DNA of 32,545 bases from Octopus bimaculoides (taxonomy: Eukaryota), in NCBI RefSeq assembly GCF_001194135.2, contig NC_068985.1:35571601-35604145 (forward strand). Direction: 5' to 3'. Shown here piece by piece: positions 21,148 to 32,545 of this stretch. A model generated the notes under the pieces. It had not been told where the DNA came from. It did no database searches and saw only the letters and a program-made list of their open reading frames with translations. The translations under genes and the position numbers were made by a program. Each line of letters begins with the position of its first letter. Positions within the stretch are counted from its first letter, which is position 1.

Positions 21148-21225
<78 letters not shown>
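20620..21225. repeat. (TG)n, TA/CA-rich low-complexity tract, (CA)n, 100-N gap 21048-21147, (GATA)n
   Basis: Directly visible. Confidence 0.9.
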
Positions 21226-21226
<1 letters not shown>

Positions 21227-21872
21227 ATATCTCCATATTTTGGTAAGCTCCTCAATCAAAACTATCTTCTGATGTCCAATTCCTTTACGATTAGCAAGAG
21301 AAAATAAATGTGGGAAAACATCGATTAAAGAAGTGTGCTCCGTCTCACTTGTTTTTATTCTGAATTTAGTTCTTGTGGTTGTTGTTGTTTTAAGTTGTTG
21401 ATGCAGTAACTCATTTTAGTGACTTTTTTCCTTTTCTTTTTATTAAAGTTATATGTCTCTATTAAAATTCATCGTGGACAGTCAGATATTCGTGATCTGT
21501 ATCTATTAACTATTTAAGATATGTGTGCATACATGCGTACATGGATATATGGATATATGGATGTTCGTGTATATTTATGCTCATACGCAAAAACACGCAA
21601 ATGTATGGAAGCATGTAAAGAGGAAATGATAGAAACAGATGAATATTAAGGCAAGAGTATGGGTGGATTCATCAACGTTTAATAGAAAATTAATTTGAAA
21701 GTAAATCGTATGAATTTCACTAAAAGAACAAGAGGAAGACACATTGGGAAAGCAACATACTCTGCTCAACTGATTGATTACTAACATAGGTATATGCATG
21801 TCACTGCGTGGTTATGTGAGTGTCTTTGTGGCCATTTATGCATGTATGAATGTAAACATGTGTGTATGCATG

Positions 21873-21950
<78 letters not shown>

Positions 21951-22161
21951 GACAGAGACAGAGACAGAGAGACAGAGACAGAGAAAGACAGATACAGAGA
22001 GAAGGAAGGAGAGACAGACAGACAGACACACACACACAGATACATATGTATATGTATGTATGTATATGTATGTATATATGTATGTATATATGTATGTATA
22101 TATGTATATGTATGTATGTATGCGTGCGTGCGTGCGCGTGCGTGCGTGCGCGTGCGCGCGT
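21873..22161. repeat. Compound (TA)(GA)(GACA)(GAGACA)(TATG)(TGCG) microsatellite
   Basis: Directly visible; it explains the ORFs at 21781-22374. Confidence 0.96.
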
Positions 22162-22649
22162 GCAATTCTGTCCGTATGTATTTAGTCTAGCTGTAAATTT
22201 GAGCAAGAGTTGCAAAAGGGCGTGCACTTTGCAGCATCTTACGATGACGATCATCAGGTTCCGTATACTTCTTTCTCCCAAGATGCCGAGTAAAAGTAGC
22301 GGAAGACTTCTTATTGAGACATAAACAAATATGTACCTAGCTACAACTCGTTTACATAATGAAATTAAGAACATACGATATATATGCAGTTTGAACGCGG
22401 AGTAAATGCATTAGAGCTCGACAGTAACATTCAGATAATAGCGTTCAGAGTACAAGTACGGGCATAATAGTAAGTCATTTATATAATACTATGAGCACTT
22501 AATTAGTTTTGCTTATCGAACAGCTGGAGTATCACCAAGAACTATTTGAGACCCGAGCACACCCCTCAAAACACATACACTGATAAACACACACACACAC
22601 ACATGCTCATTCACTCACCTTGCAATACGTTTCCACAGTGAACAAATCA

Positions 22650-22830
22650 AGAAAACGGTCATAATTTTGAAGCCTGGGTGTTACTCGATACCATCGACAT
22701 TATTACTTGATTCTATAGACCCCGGAAGAGTGAAAGGTAAGGGTGACTTCAGTGGAATTTTAACCTGGACCGTGAGTTATCGTTAGAAATTCCGCAAGGC
22801 ATTTTTCTGACGTTCTAATGATTCTTCTAG
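22650..22830 (-). mobile_element. Degenerate tRNA-derived SINE (related tail pieces at ~11320-11385 and ~23072-23125)
   Basis: Reverse complement: GGTAGCGAGCTAGAAGAATC..GGTTAAAATTCC (B-box-like)..CCTTTCACTCTTCCGGGGTC. Confidence 0.45.
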
Positions 22831-23133
22831 CTCGCTACCTTCGATGAAGTTTAATGATGCAACAAACAGCAAAAACCATCAAAAATTAAAAAAAACTCTC
22901 AATACTTGGCTGTCCACTGAGTTTTTCACTTAAATTTGAAACTTCATATAAGGGATCTTGTTCATCTATCTGCATGCACAAAAGGAAAGCGACCAGTCAC
23001 ATTTGATTTGCTAGTGCAACAATTTCGTACTTTCTAAAAGTACAGCAACTAAAAATAATTTTTTCTACTATAGACACAAGGCCTGAAACTTGAGGGAAGG
23101 GGACAGTCAATTACATCAAATCACTAAACCTAT

Positions 23134-23746
23134 TTAGCTGTGATGGATGAGACCGGCCGCAGACCACCAAACAGTCACCATGACCTTCTTTTGGTGCAAC
23201 TTTGGCTTCAGGAAGTGCCGTGGAGCTTCGTCGGCGTCCAACCACTGAGCTGAGCGTCGCCGGTTGTCGTAAAGAATCCACTTTTCATAGCAAGTCACAA
23301 TCCGGTCGGGAAACGGGTTGTTCTTGTTGCGTAAAAGAAGGGAAGACGACACTTCAAGACGGCGTTTTTTGGGGGGGTTTTTTGGCGGGGTTGTCATTCA
23401 ATTCGTGCAGCACCCATTTCTCAAGTATTCTTGTTTTTCCAATCTCTTTCAAGTGGTTGGAAATTGTCGTATACATTATGTCTAATTCAAAAGCAAGCTC
23501 TCGAACAGTTGTGCATGGATTGGCTTCCACTAAGGCTCTTAGTTGATCGTTGTTAACATCCGATAGCCGACTACTACGCTTAACATCGTCACCGCTACGA
23601 AATTTCTTGAACCAACATTGTGCTGTACGTTCATTAGTGGTTCCTAGGCCAAATGCAACGTTGATATCGCGAGCTGTTTCCATAAACCTTATAAACCTTA
23701 TTTTCTTTTCTGTTGCGTGTATGAATTCAATATATAAATTGAACAA
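23134..23746 (-). mobile_element. Mariner (Hsmar1/SETMAR-like) transposase pseudogene, truncated before the second catalytic Asp
   Basis: ETARDINVAFG..NERTAQCWFKKFRSGD; LVEANPCTTVRELA; KWVLHEL (WVPHEL motif); [15 protein letters not shown] (TCDEKW); [22 protein letters not shown]. Confidence 0.95.
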
Positions 23747-24899
23747 ATTCTGCTTCTTTTTTTTTTATTTGTATAAATTTCGTTTCTCTAAATAAATTAC
23801 TTGAAAAATCATCTTGATTTGCGGCTAGCATGAGTCGAACAGACACACAGACGGCGAGAAACACGGCTCTCACTCTAATATAGATTGAAATTGATACAGA
23901 TTGTATAGTGAGATGAATTTTTGAGTCATTATTTAGAAAAAATTAGTTTTTGAAAGAGGAAAATATGAGATCTAATTTGGGGAGAATAATCTTTCGTATT
24001 TTTGTGTTATTTAGTCTACAAAACAAAAAAAAATGGTGGGTGCCATTACTTAGTGACTCGACCTATAGGAAATAGTAGCCAAATCTCTCTCAAATCCCGC
24101 CATATAGTCATCATAAAGTACAGGACGCATTATATAATGTCTTAGATACACTATATCTGAATGGGATGGAGGTGATCATGTAACTCCCACCATAGGTCTT
24201 CTCGATCAGAAGGTATTACAAGAACATGATTAAAATTTGAAGAGAACACATTGTAGCATGTTTAATTTGTGGGTCTCTTGGCTATATTTTGAGGTTCAAC
24301 ATTAATTACTATGTTATAAGCTAAATATAACATATATATGATGATTTAGAAATTTAGGGATTGACGTCGTAGTTATCAGGTTTAGGGTTTTAATAATTAA
24401 TTGTATCCTAAATGCCTGACACAATGACAGTATAAAAATTGCTTTATTTGACGTGTCCAATTAACATATTGATAGTCATTTGGAAGAATAACCCTTTACA
24501 AATGGATCACATATATTGCATATTTCTCTACGTCATGACTTTAATTGTTTGGTATCAACAATAGTTTACGAACGGTAATAAGTTAATGTACTGCCAAGTT
24601 ACCGAGGGAATTTATTGCTAATACGACGAAACAACTAAATGTCTATAAGGAGAGAAAAAAACGTTTGTAAAAACAATTTGTTGATTTTGATTATTAGCAA
24701 TTATTAGTAGATTCCCAATAGTGTGGGTCTGTTATTATTTTTTGTAATATCTTTAATGAATCTTTTTAAGTAAAAGACCTTGTTTTTCGAAATCAATTAA
24801 TTGCAAACGGCCCGCCGAGGTTATAGACATAGGTCATTTCATCCGTTCGAATATCTGCCTGTCTATAGATCAATCAATCATCTTATCACCTAAATAACA

Positions 24900-24975
24900 T
24901 ATCTATCTATCTATCTATCTGTTTGTCTGTCTGTCTGTCTATCTATCTGTCTGTCTGTCTGTCTGTCTGTCTGTC
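24900..24975. repeat. (TATC)/(TGTC) microsatellite
   Basis: Directly visible. Confidence 0.95.
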
Positions 24976-25710
24976 AATATACAAACAGCAATTCCTGTTC
25001 ATACAAAAAGATCCTATTTTTTTTTATTAATTCTCCTATCTTTCATACAATGAATTAAGTCGTATCGCGAAATAAGAACAATAAAATTTCCTTTTCTAAG
25101 CAGACAAAAGTATTTGCCCATTAGATACGAAACTCTTGAAATCATCAACTTTTCGATTCAGATCGAAGTTGAAATCCTTTCATTTTCGTTATGATGCTAG
25201 TCCACCTCGGAAAGACATGACCCTTACAAAGTCCTGTATTTTGCTGTAACAAGAAATTGAGATTGTAAATTATAGTATCGCATGCTGTATTGAAGATGCG
25301 AAAGCCGCTCCCCCAACTCCCGGTAAATATGAATCGAGTTCATGACTCACTCAAGACTCAAGCTGCTTCGCTTCTTCTGAGGTAAATCAGCTAGAGTCAG
25401 TGACTCTTGGAAAATACATTAACATAAACAAATCTCATTTTTGTCTATATCGGTAAATTTGGAGTTTTATGTTTACTAAAAATAAATCAGTAACATGATC
25501 TAATTTATTGGATATGACCCTTGAAAATATCTCCTTATAAAAGTGTATATATTAATCAATACACCAAAAAATTCTCAGAAATATCTGCCTGATTACATAC
25601 CCAGTAGAATTATGTAAAAATATTGATCGACAAGTTAAAAGGGTTTTGCACAGAATTCAAACAAAATGAACAACAAAAAAAAATCAAATTTGTAACACCT
25701 GATCGTTTAC

Positions 25711-25955
25711 TGAGAAACATCGCCGACTCTAACAGGAAAGCTGGCGTAATTTTTTCTAAATAGAAAAAGGTCTTTTGACTGTATCAGGTAAGTGGATCTC
25801 TGCCATGTGATACGGAACATAATTTTGATAGTGATCAAACGTAAGTTATCTGATTCATTGAACCATGATTCAAGAAATGCCGTTCTTCCAAACTTTGGTG
25901 ATTTATTCAATACAACTGTGGTCGCCGCCATGGAATCAAGGCTGTTTTCAATATC
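25711..25955 (-). CDS. Candidate 245-nt internal exon (phase 0 to 2), product unknown
   Basis: An 81-codon open frame bounded exactly by acceptor TTTTTTTAG (its TAG is in frame) and donor CA/GTAAAC (stop follows immediately): DIENSLDSMAATTVVLNKSPKFGRTAF...VRVGDVS. Confidence 0.3.
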
Positions 25956-26220
25956 CTAAAAAAACATTTCTTGGAAATATTATTCAAGAAACTTTAAAAT
26001 ATATTCAAATAACGATATTCATGTGACAAAAAAAAGGGGGTGAATATTCTGCAGTCTCCCTTTTGTTACATATTTCCATTTGGGTATATTATAAAAACAG
26101 AATTTCTTAATTTTTTTAGTTTTACCAAATTGAATTCACATACATACATACATGCATACATACAAAATACATACATGCATACATACGTACATACATACAA
26201 GTCTTAGCCACTCATAATAA

Positions 26221-26560
26221 AAATGGTAGAAGCCACAGCCACTCTTAATAAGAAAGAGTACTGGTGGAATGTCCCAGTGAAAACTTCAATAAAATGTAAA
26301 CACAATAGACCTGGTATAATGATTTGGGATAGAGAAGAAGAAACTGTACAGTGGTGGAAATCAGCTGCCCAGCATATGTTAACATAAAGCTAAAGACCAG
26401 CGTAAAAGAGAATACCTATGCTGAACTATACCTATGAATAACTATGCTGAAATATCGAAATCTACAGTTACTCTATTCAGATTACAAGTTCAGGTTTATA
26501 TCTGTAATTATTGGGGCACTGGGATATGTAACACACTGCCTAAATACCGATCTTGAGAAA
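26221..26560 (+). mobile_element. RLE-domain fragment of the same R4/NeSL-type family as 6640-8015
   Basis: KEYWWNVPVKTSIKCKHNRPGIMIWDRE..VEISCPAYVNIKLK..RNLQLLYSDYKFRFISVIIGALGYV; contains a short internal duplication (AATACCTATGCTGAACTAT / AATAACTATGCTGAAATAT). Confidence 0.85.
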
Positions 26561-26569
26561 GTAATTTGG

Positions 26570-27182
26570 CTTCCCCGGTAGCGAGATTCATAGCGTCATT
26601 AGCTGTGGGTCTGAAGTCTTAAAAAGATTTAGACAAGCTAGTGTAGTTGTGGATTTATTAGACAAAGGTGTTTGGCGCTGCCTATGTCTGAGCAGGAGGA
26701 CAAATGTTAGGGTCTTTAGGTCTTTGGTCCACCCTGTACTGTTCTGTAGTTTTGAGACTTAGACACTGTCCAAGGCCCTTAGGAGCTGCCCGAACTATTT
26801 TGGTACAGGGACACTTCCCAGGATTATCGGTGACCATTAGTCGGATTTCATCTCCAACCAACGGCTCTGCTCAGAAACTGGGATGCGTCCTGGTTCTTGT
26901 ATGATTCAGGAGTGTCAGTTCCGACTGTTTAGCCATGTTGCTCGATTTTCCGAGTTAGATCTTGCTTACCGTGTTCTCTTCACTGAGGATCCAGCTAGGT
27001 TGATGGCTCGTGTTAATAGATCACATACAACATGGTTACACCAGATGAGGAGGTATCTCGCGACGATGGGGAACTGACTGAAACTCTATTCGACAGGTCA
27101 TCTGGGAAGACCGGAAATATACCGACAAAAGGTAAATGCAGTAACATACTGCAACGGTGCATACCCTCTCACATGACCTGAC
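26570..27182 (+). mobile_element. RTE-clade LINE 3' end
   Basis: GSEIH..LDKGVWRC..RRTNVRVFRSLVHPVL..ET*TL..DFISNQRL..ETGMR..FRLFSHVARF; terminal ACATGACCTGAC. Confidence 0.9.
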
Positions 27183-28207
27183 TTCATCTTATTTGGTATT
27201 CCCCCTTTTCCCTGTTAAATTATCTATTATGTAATATACTCTTTCCTAATTGTTAATCTTTAATCAAATCCTTAACCAACTTAATTCAGTTTAGTTTTAT
27301 TAAATTTTATTTACTTGAATTCACTTTTTCTCTCATAGAATAGAAAAGCAGATTATTAGCTTATAAATTTTACATAGAACTACTATGCACCCAGTTGACC
27401 TTACCTCATTCCATCTTCTAGTTACTTTAAATACCACCCCACTGTAAATGGTCAATAAATATATTTGTTACATAGTTGAATGAAATAAAAGATAAAAAGG
27501 CAAAATTCTTGGTATCATTCAAAAAAACATTTTAATTTAGATTGAGAATATAAACAAATAGTCCCTTACTGCTGTTTTTAGAATAGCCAAGCACATGGAT
27601 CATGATATTGGGTAAAGATTCTATAATCAGGTATACCGTCATCGGAGAGGAAGAAGTTAGGAAAACATAAAACTAATGTTTCTTGAGTTACATTCTCACA
27701 GACAAACAGGCTCCAACGCTCGATAACAGCTTGATTTTTCAAGTCTGTGATTTTGGCAAGTATATAATAAATCAAAGAAGGTAATTTGCTATGTTTGTTA
27801 TCTACAATCCCACATTCACAAGGTTCTTTGCAGGAAAATCTACTATAATAATTTTGTGCTCTGAAGAGAAAGACTGCGAGCTAACTGTTCCGTTAATGAA
27901 TTGACTTATTATGCATGCATGTCAGTGTATAGTGAGGAAACGGTTCCTCAAGCCATTCGAAACGTCCATAACGGTGAATAAATATATCAAAATTATAATT
28001 CTTCATTCGTTCATTTCTATTATACTCTGTAGTTAATATACCAATATGTCGATTGGTGAATAACATCGGATAACAATTTGTACGGATCGTCCAGTATATT
28101 CTGCCCAAATTAATTACTTTACCCTTCATGGGTCATTCTACTGGCCAGTTTTTATCCCATGGAGTACTTATTGAGGTATTCACTTGCATTTCTTTAATCC
28201 TTATTCT

Positions 28208-28208
<1 letters not shown>

Positions 28209-28283
<75 letters not shown>

Positions 28284-28284
28284 C

Positions 28285-28337
<53 letters not shown>

Positions 28338-28437
28338 GTACATATATACATACACTTCCAATTTATCTAATTTGGGATCGCATTGAAAATATGTTAACAT
28401 TTATTTTCGGAAATATTTAATTTCAACAATTTTTTCG

Positions 28438-28491
<54 letters not shown>
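28209..28491. repeat. (CTA)n(CCA)n(CTA)n at 28209-28337 and (CA)n at 28444-28491
   Basis: Directly visible. Confidence 0.96.
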
Positions 28492-28493
<2 letters not shown>

Positions 28494-28659
28494 TAGTGTG
28501 TGTGTGTCTTATATTGACCGGTTGTTCAAATAGGTTTAGTGATTTTTTTCAACACATAAATAATTGTCCTTTTTGTTTCACCTCGAAAAGTTACATTGCA
28601 AATACATTCGCCGATGAAATATAATTTCTTTCCTATAACACCATAGCTATATTTTTTAT

Positions 28660-29975
28660 TTAAATAATTTTGGCTTACCGATTTGTCGCCATGTTTCTTC
28701 ATTTATGAGTGATGTCACTACCCGGGTCTAATTGCATTTTGACACTAGTGGTTTTGATTCTCACCTCAATGAATTTTCTGCTCGTTGTACAAACTTTTTT
28801 CTTTGATGACAAACTATTTACTTTTTCTCGTTTGGTCCAATTCTTCGTCATCTTAGTTCTGCAGTGCGATTTAATGTGTCATGTGTTCCCACAACGAAAG
28901 CACTTCGCATTTTTGAACGGACACTCTTTTCTCAGGTGCCTACCACCACATGCCATACATGGGTTTATCTCCGGATATATACCGTGTTTTTTGTGAAACA
29001 CTTTATCCGTCTTCCGACTTTTTCACACTGGTTTTATCAGTAAGCAATCCCTGCGTTGGATTTCTTCTGTGTAGTGCCTTAGTTTTAATATCACATCGCA
29101 CTCTGGCAGTTTCTGAAGAGTTATATCCTGGTTCATTTCCAACTTTGCGAGAATTTTCTTCTGACTTCTGCGTCCGTTTTAGCAGTAAGTCCCTGAGAAA
29201 AAATTAGGCCTTGAACGAGTCTGGAGCTAGTTTATCCAGTTCTAATCTCTCGCACTCTCTGTTCACTCTACCTGCATATATGATAAAGTCTTCGTCATCG
29301 CTTTTCTCCGTGTTCAAACACTTCCAACGTGTGATGAATAACAATGTTTTTTCACTGAACATCTTACATAAAATGTCAATTGTGTCCGTGAAATTTGTCT
29401 AAAACTTTTTAGGCAATATAAAGTTACAGTATTTTTCGTGCTGTGTTGTCGCCAGCTTCCTTGGAATTAAACACGTTTTCATTTCGTCCGTCCAGTCTTA
29501 GCATTCTTTTTCGAAAATTTGTTCAAATCTTCAGTAATATGCCTCGTGGAGACTCCTTCTACCGGGTCATATTTAAATTCATTTATTGAATTTGCTACAT
29601 GGTCTGGCAAAAACGTATTTTCCGGTTTTGCTACCAACTTCATTAGTTGTAGCATCTGTTGCTGTAACATTTGTTGTTATTCTTGTTGTTCTTTGAGTTG
29701 TTTTTGCTATTATTTTTGCAACTCAACTAGATCCTCTAACAAGGTCTCCGCAGTTTTACAGATTTTTTTGTAAAATATGTACAACAACAATGTTTGTTAC
29801 TCCTCTACCGAGTTTTTCATTTCTTCGCGTGAGAAATTTTTCAGCGTCGTCCGCGTGAATTGTTTATTTTCTCGTGAAAAATTTTTTTTCTCAACGTTGT
29901 CCGCGCCACTGTTATAATGTGAGATCCTCGTCCACTTGTATGTTATTGTTGGCACTGTAATATTCTTGTCGCCAC
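28660..29975 (-). mobile_element. Ty3/Gypsy (Mag-type) internal remnant: 5' UTR, gag with double CCHC, protease start; RT, RNase H and integrase lost
   Basis: DHVANSINEFKYDPVEG; HEKYCNFILPKK; RWKCLNTEKSDDEDFIIYAGRVNRECE; CMACGGRHLRKECPFKNAKCFRCGNT*HIKSHC; MQLDPGSDIT (DTG-like). Confidence 0.9.
29962..29974 (-). promoter_or_regulatory. Primer-binding site, tRNA-Ser(GCU)-like
   Basis: TGGCGACAAGAAT one nt after the LTR-terminal CA; 11 of 13 match to TGGCGACGAGGAT, the complement of the tRNA-Ser(GCU) 3' end. Confidence 0.75.
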
Positions 29976-30241
29976 TGTTATGTTGTGGCGGTACTCCGCA
30001 TCTTATTATCTTTGACTCGTCCATCGTGCTACCGCTGATAGCTCGATAAGACAATGACTTTGAAACGGCTACCTTGATGGTAACTCGAACCCGTATATAT
30101 CACGTAACTAACACTGACTCCAACTGAGAATTCGTACAACGACTCTATTGCTACTGACTTTGCTACAATGACTGATTGACTTTATAGTGGCTGGTTCATA
30201 CCACTTTGTCACGAGGGAAGGGAAGTATCAGTTTCACCACA
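29976..30241 (-). mobile_element. 5' LTR of the Gypsy element (~266 bp)
   Basis: TGTGGTG...CATAACA termini, TATA-like CTATAAAG, PBS immediately adjacent. No second LTR in the window to confirm the outer boundary. Confidence 0.65.
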
Positions 30242-31348
30242 AACTAAGCTTTGATGAAAGGAAATTTATCCGAAAGCTACTAGAAGTTTGATAGCACAGT
30301 CGGAGTACAAAGACAGTTTAGGAGTGAGTTTCAAACAGATCCACCGACGCAACTTACAATCATTCGAATTAGAGCTAAGTTTGAAGCGGATGGAACAGTT
30401 TGCAATGTTCACAAGAAACGTTCCGGAAGACCGCGGACATCGAAGAGCCCCACAAGACAAGACAAGACAAGACTAGAATCGTATTGCCAGAGTTTAAGAA
30501 AACCTGTGCGACAAAGGAGTCGTGAGAGAGGAATTTCAAAATCAAACCTCTGTCGCATTTTGAAGTGCTGTCATTGGAAAAGCTACTGTTCATGAATAGT
30601 TCAAGCTTTTAATAAAGATTATCCGAATCGAGGAAAGGTGTTTCGCGAGAGATGCTTATCAAGATGTGTAGATGCACACTTTCCAACAAAGATTGATTGA
30701 AATGATAAGGTTACATTTAAATTATATGGCTCAATTAACCGCCATAATTGCACCTACTGGGAACCTAAGAACCCATATATTAAAGAGGAACATCGTGATG
30801 ATTTACCAGGAGTTAAAGTATGGTGCAACTTATCTTCAAAAGGATTAATTGACGGTACTGTAACTGGCCCCATTTATTTGAATTTGCTACGTCAGTTAGT
30901 CATGCCAAGCTGTCAAGAGTTTTATTTCTAGCAAGAGGGAACATCCTAACACTTTCATGATGAGATTATATCAAAGAAGTGGATTAAACAGAGAGGTTCA
31001 GTAGAATACCTTCTGTGTTAACTGGACCTCACGACACTAGACATGTTTATAGGGATACTTAAAGGTTAAGGTCTACGGTGCAAAACCGGCAAAAGTTGAC
31101 AAATTGAGGGCAGCCTTTGAATGAGAATGTATACAAATACCAAAAGAAGTGTTTCTTGATGTTTGTGATTCTATTGCTTCGCATTATCAGCATTACCTGG
31201 GCTAGAAAGTCTGCAGTTTGAGAACATTCATAAAAAAGCAAATTTTGTGCATAGATTCTATCAAATTTTGAAAATGAAATAAATGTATTTTAATAAACAC
31301 TGACTTTATCATCATTCAGTGTGTGTATACGTTTTGGGGAGACACTAC
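30242..31348 (+). mobile_element. Tc1/mariner (maT/rosa-like, DUF4817-type HTH) transposase pseudogene with probable right TIR
   Basis: KLSFDERKFI; VQRQFRSEFQTDPPTQLTIIRIRAKFEADGTV..KKRSGRPRTS; [11 protein letters not shown]; PGVKVWC; F*QEG (QDG); DLTTLD (PDLTPLD); TIR-like GTGTATACGTTTTGGGGAGACACT at the end. Confidence 0.85.
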
Positions 31349-32346
31349 ATTCTTAAATAATGCATATATACATATATATGCATATGTGTATATACATTTA
31401 CATACACGTACATACATAAATACATAGACACGCATGCACGCATGCACATACACACAGATATATTAATGCGTGTGTGTGTGTGTGTGTGTGTAGCATCTGA
31501 TGCTTACCTATTACACATGCAGTGAAATATTTCAAAGTTATGATTGTAGAGAAGGCTGTCTATATGACTATACAATATCAGTGTCTGCTAAAGCATTGAA
31601 GATATGAAGACGAAAGCAAAACTAACTGCGCATTTATCAGAGAAATCAGCATGTTATGACGTATTAAAACTTTCAAACGAAATATCAGACAAAAAGTATT
31701 AAATACATTACCTCCGTTTAATTTTCCGTGTTGAAAAATTATCATTGAAATGGTATCACAATATTAACATACACACCTATTTACAAATGTAAGAGCTTTT
31801 ATCTCTTTATTTGATCTGTTAGAAATATTTGCCAAATCTCCTTCAATGATGAAAACAGAACCTCAACTAGGAACGCTATTCATGGAAAAATCAGCTAAGT
31901 AAATGTAACTATTGTACAATGTATATACTGAGTTTGCAGAATACGTAATAAAATATTTTTTAAATAAACGGTTTTAGTTAGACGATATATTTATTAAGCC
32001 TTCGGTTAGTATGACAATCTAAAATTCCACAGTTACGCATTAACAAAGCACCAAATATAACATCTATTTTTCTGAAATTAAAGATAGAGGTAAAATTAAA
32101 AACTTTCTAATTCTTACAAAGACTCTTTTTATTTAAAGTAAAAATATATTATATTAAAGATTTAATTTTAAATCACCAAGAATTTTTAATTTTGCCATCT
32201 TGCTATAGGATTCAACACTATTGAGATATTGAGTGCTTTCGCTTGTGTGTGTGTGTGTGTGTGTGCGCGCGTGCGCATGAAAGAGAGGGATATAATGAGA
32301 GAAATAGCAAGAGATTTGGAGAGTGAAAGAAACATGTATATATGTA

Positions 32347-32348
32347 TG

Positions 32349-32400
<52 letters not shown>

Positions 32401-32545
32401 TGTTTCTTTATTAGCCACACAGGGCTCAACATAGAGGGGACAAAATACAAATGTAGAGTTTTTCTTTTCGATGGGGACGAAAATAAAGTAAAAAAATAAA
32501 ATGGGGATGACGATAAAAAGGCATCGAGAAAACGTTTGGGGTATG
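32347..32545 (-). mobile_element. Possible LINE 3' tail ending in AATAAAGAAAC plus (TATC)n; runs off the window end
   Basis: Reverse complement ...GAGCCCTGTGTGGCTAATAAAGAAAC-(ATATCTATC)n. Element identity is from recall only. Confidence 0.3.

Noticed and set aside
22186-22289. Plus-strand candidate exon SSCKFEQELQKGVHFAASYDDDHQVPYTSFSQDA
   Set aside because: Protein-like but short, with weak splice sites and no recognised homology; a competing minus-strand candidate overlaps it.
25335-25410. Clustered AP-1-like TGACTCA/GAGTCA motifs
   Set aside because: Short motifs expected by chance; no functional evidence from sequence alone.
25608-25787. Plus-strand open frame NYVKILIDKLKGFCTEF.. ending near CAG/GTAAGT
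   Set aside because: An in-frame stop precedes the donor unless an indel is assumed, and it conflicts with the minus-strand candidate.
27702-27780. Plus-strand candidate exon containing VCDFG (kinase DFG-like)
   Set aside because: Good splice signals, but no HRD/catalytic-loop context upstream; a 3-5 residue match is not enough.

Overview
AT-rich, microsatellite-dense eukaryotic non-coding DNA, intronic or intergenic, with three N gaps that each sit next to a microsatellite. The repeat families look cephalopod (Octopus-like); this is an inference from repeat style and SINE/LINE families I recognise. I cannot confidently identify any host protein-coding gene, only weak candidate exons. Most interpretable sequence is transposon debris: R4/Dong-clade RLE LINE pieces, an L1/Tx1-like 5' half, an RTE 3' end, a Penelope GIY-YIG 3' end, a Mag-type Gypsy LTR-PBS-gag-protease remnant, two Tc1/mariner remnants, probable pogo and hAT relics, tRNA-derived SINEs and a Helitron 3' terminus. 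The most interesting part is 15.5-20.4 kb, a stack of retroelements separated by (TAA)n/(CAA)n spacers. It holds two unrelated tandem-plus-inverted repeat clusters that each carry hammerhead-ribozyme-like motifs. Cluster A (153-nt unit) has three minimal type-I hammerheads with an ATAT palindromic stem III and an apparent A6C core. Cluster B (about 350-nt unit) has a hammerhead core whose stem II is reduced to 3 nt, and one copy starts at the predicted cleavage site. A Penelope GIY-YIG fragment with a related decayed hammerhead tail lies between them, suggesting Penelope-mobilised retrozyme-like elements. All ribozyme calls are manual folds and were not tested.
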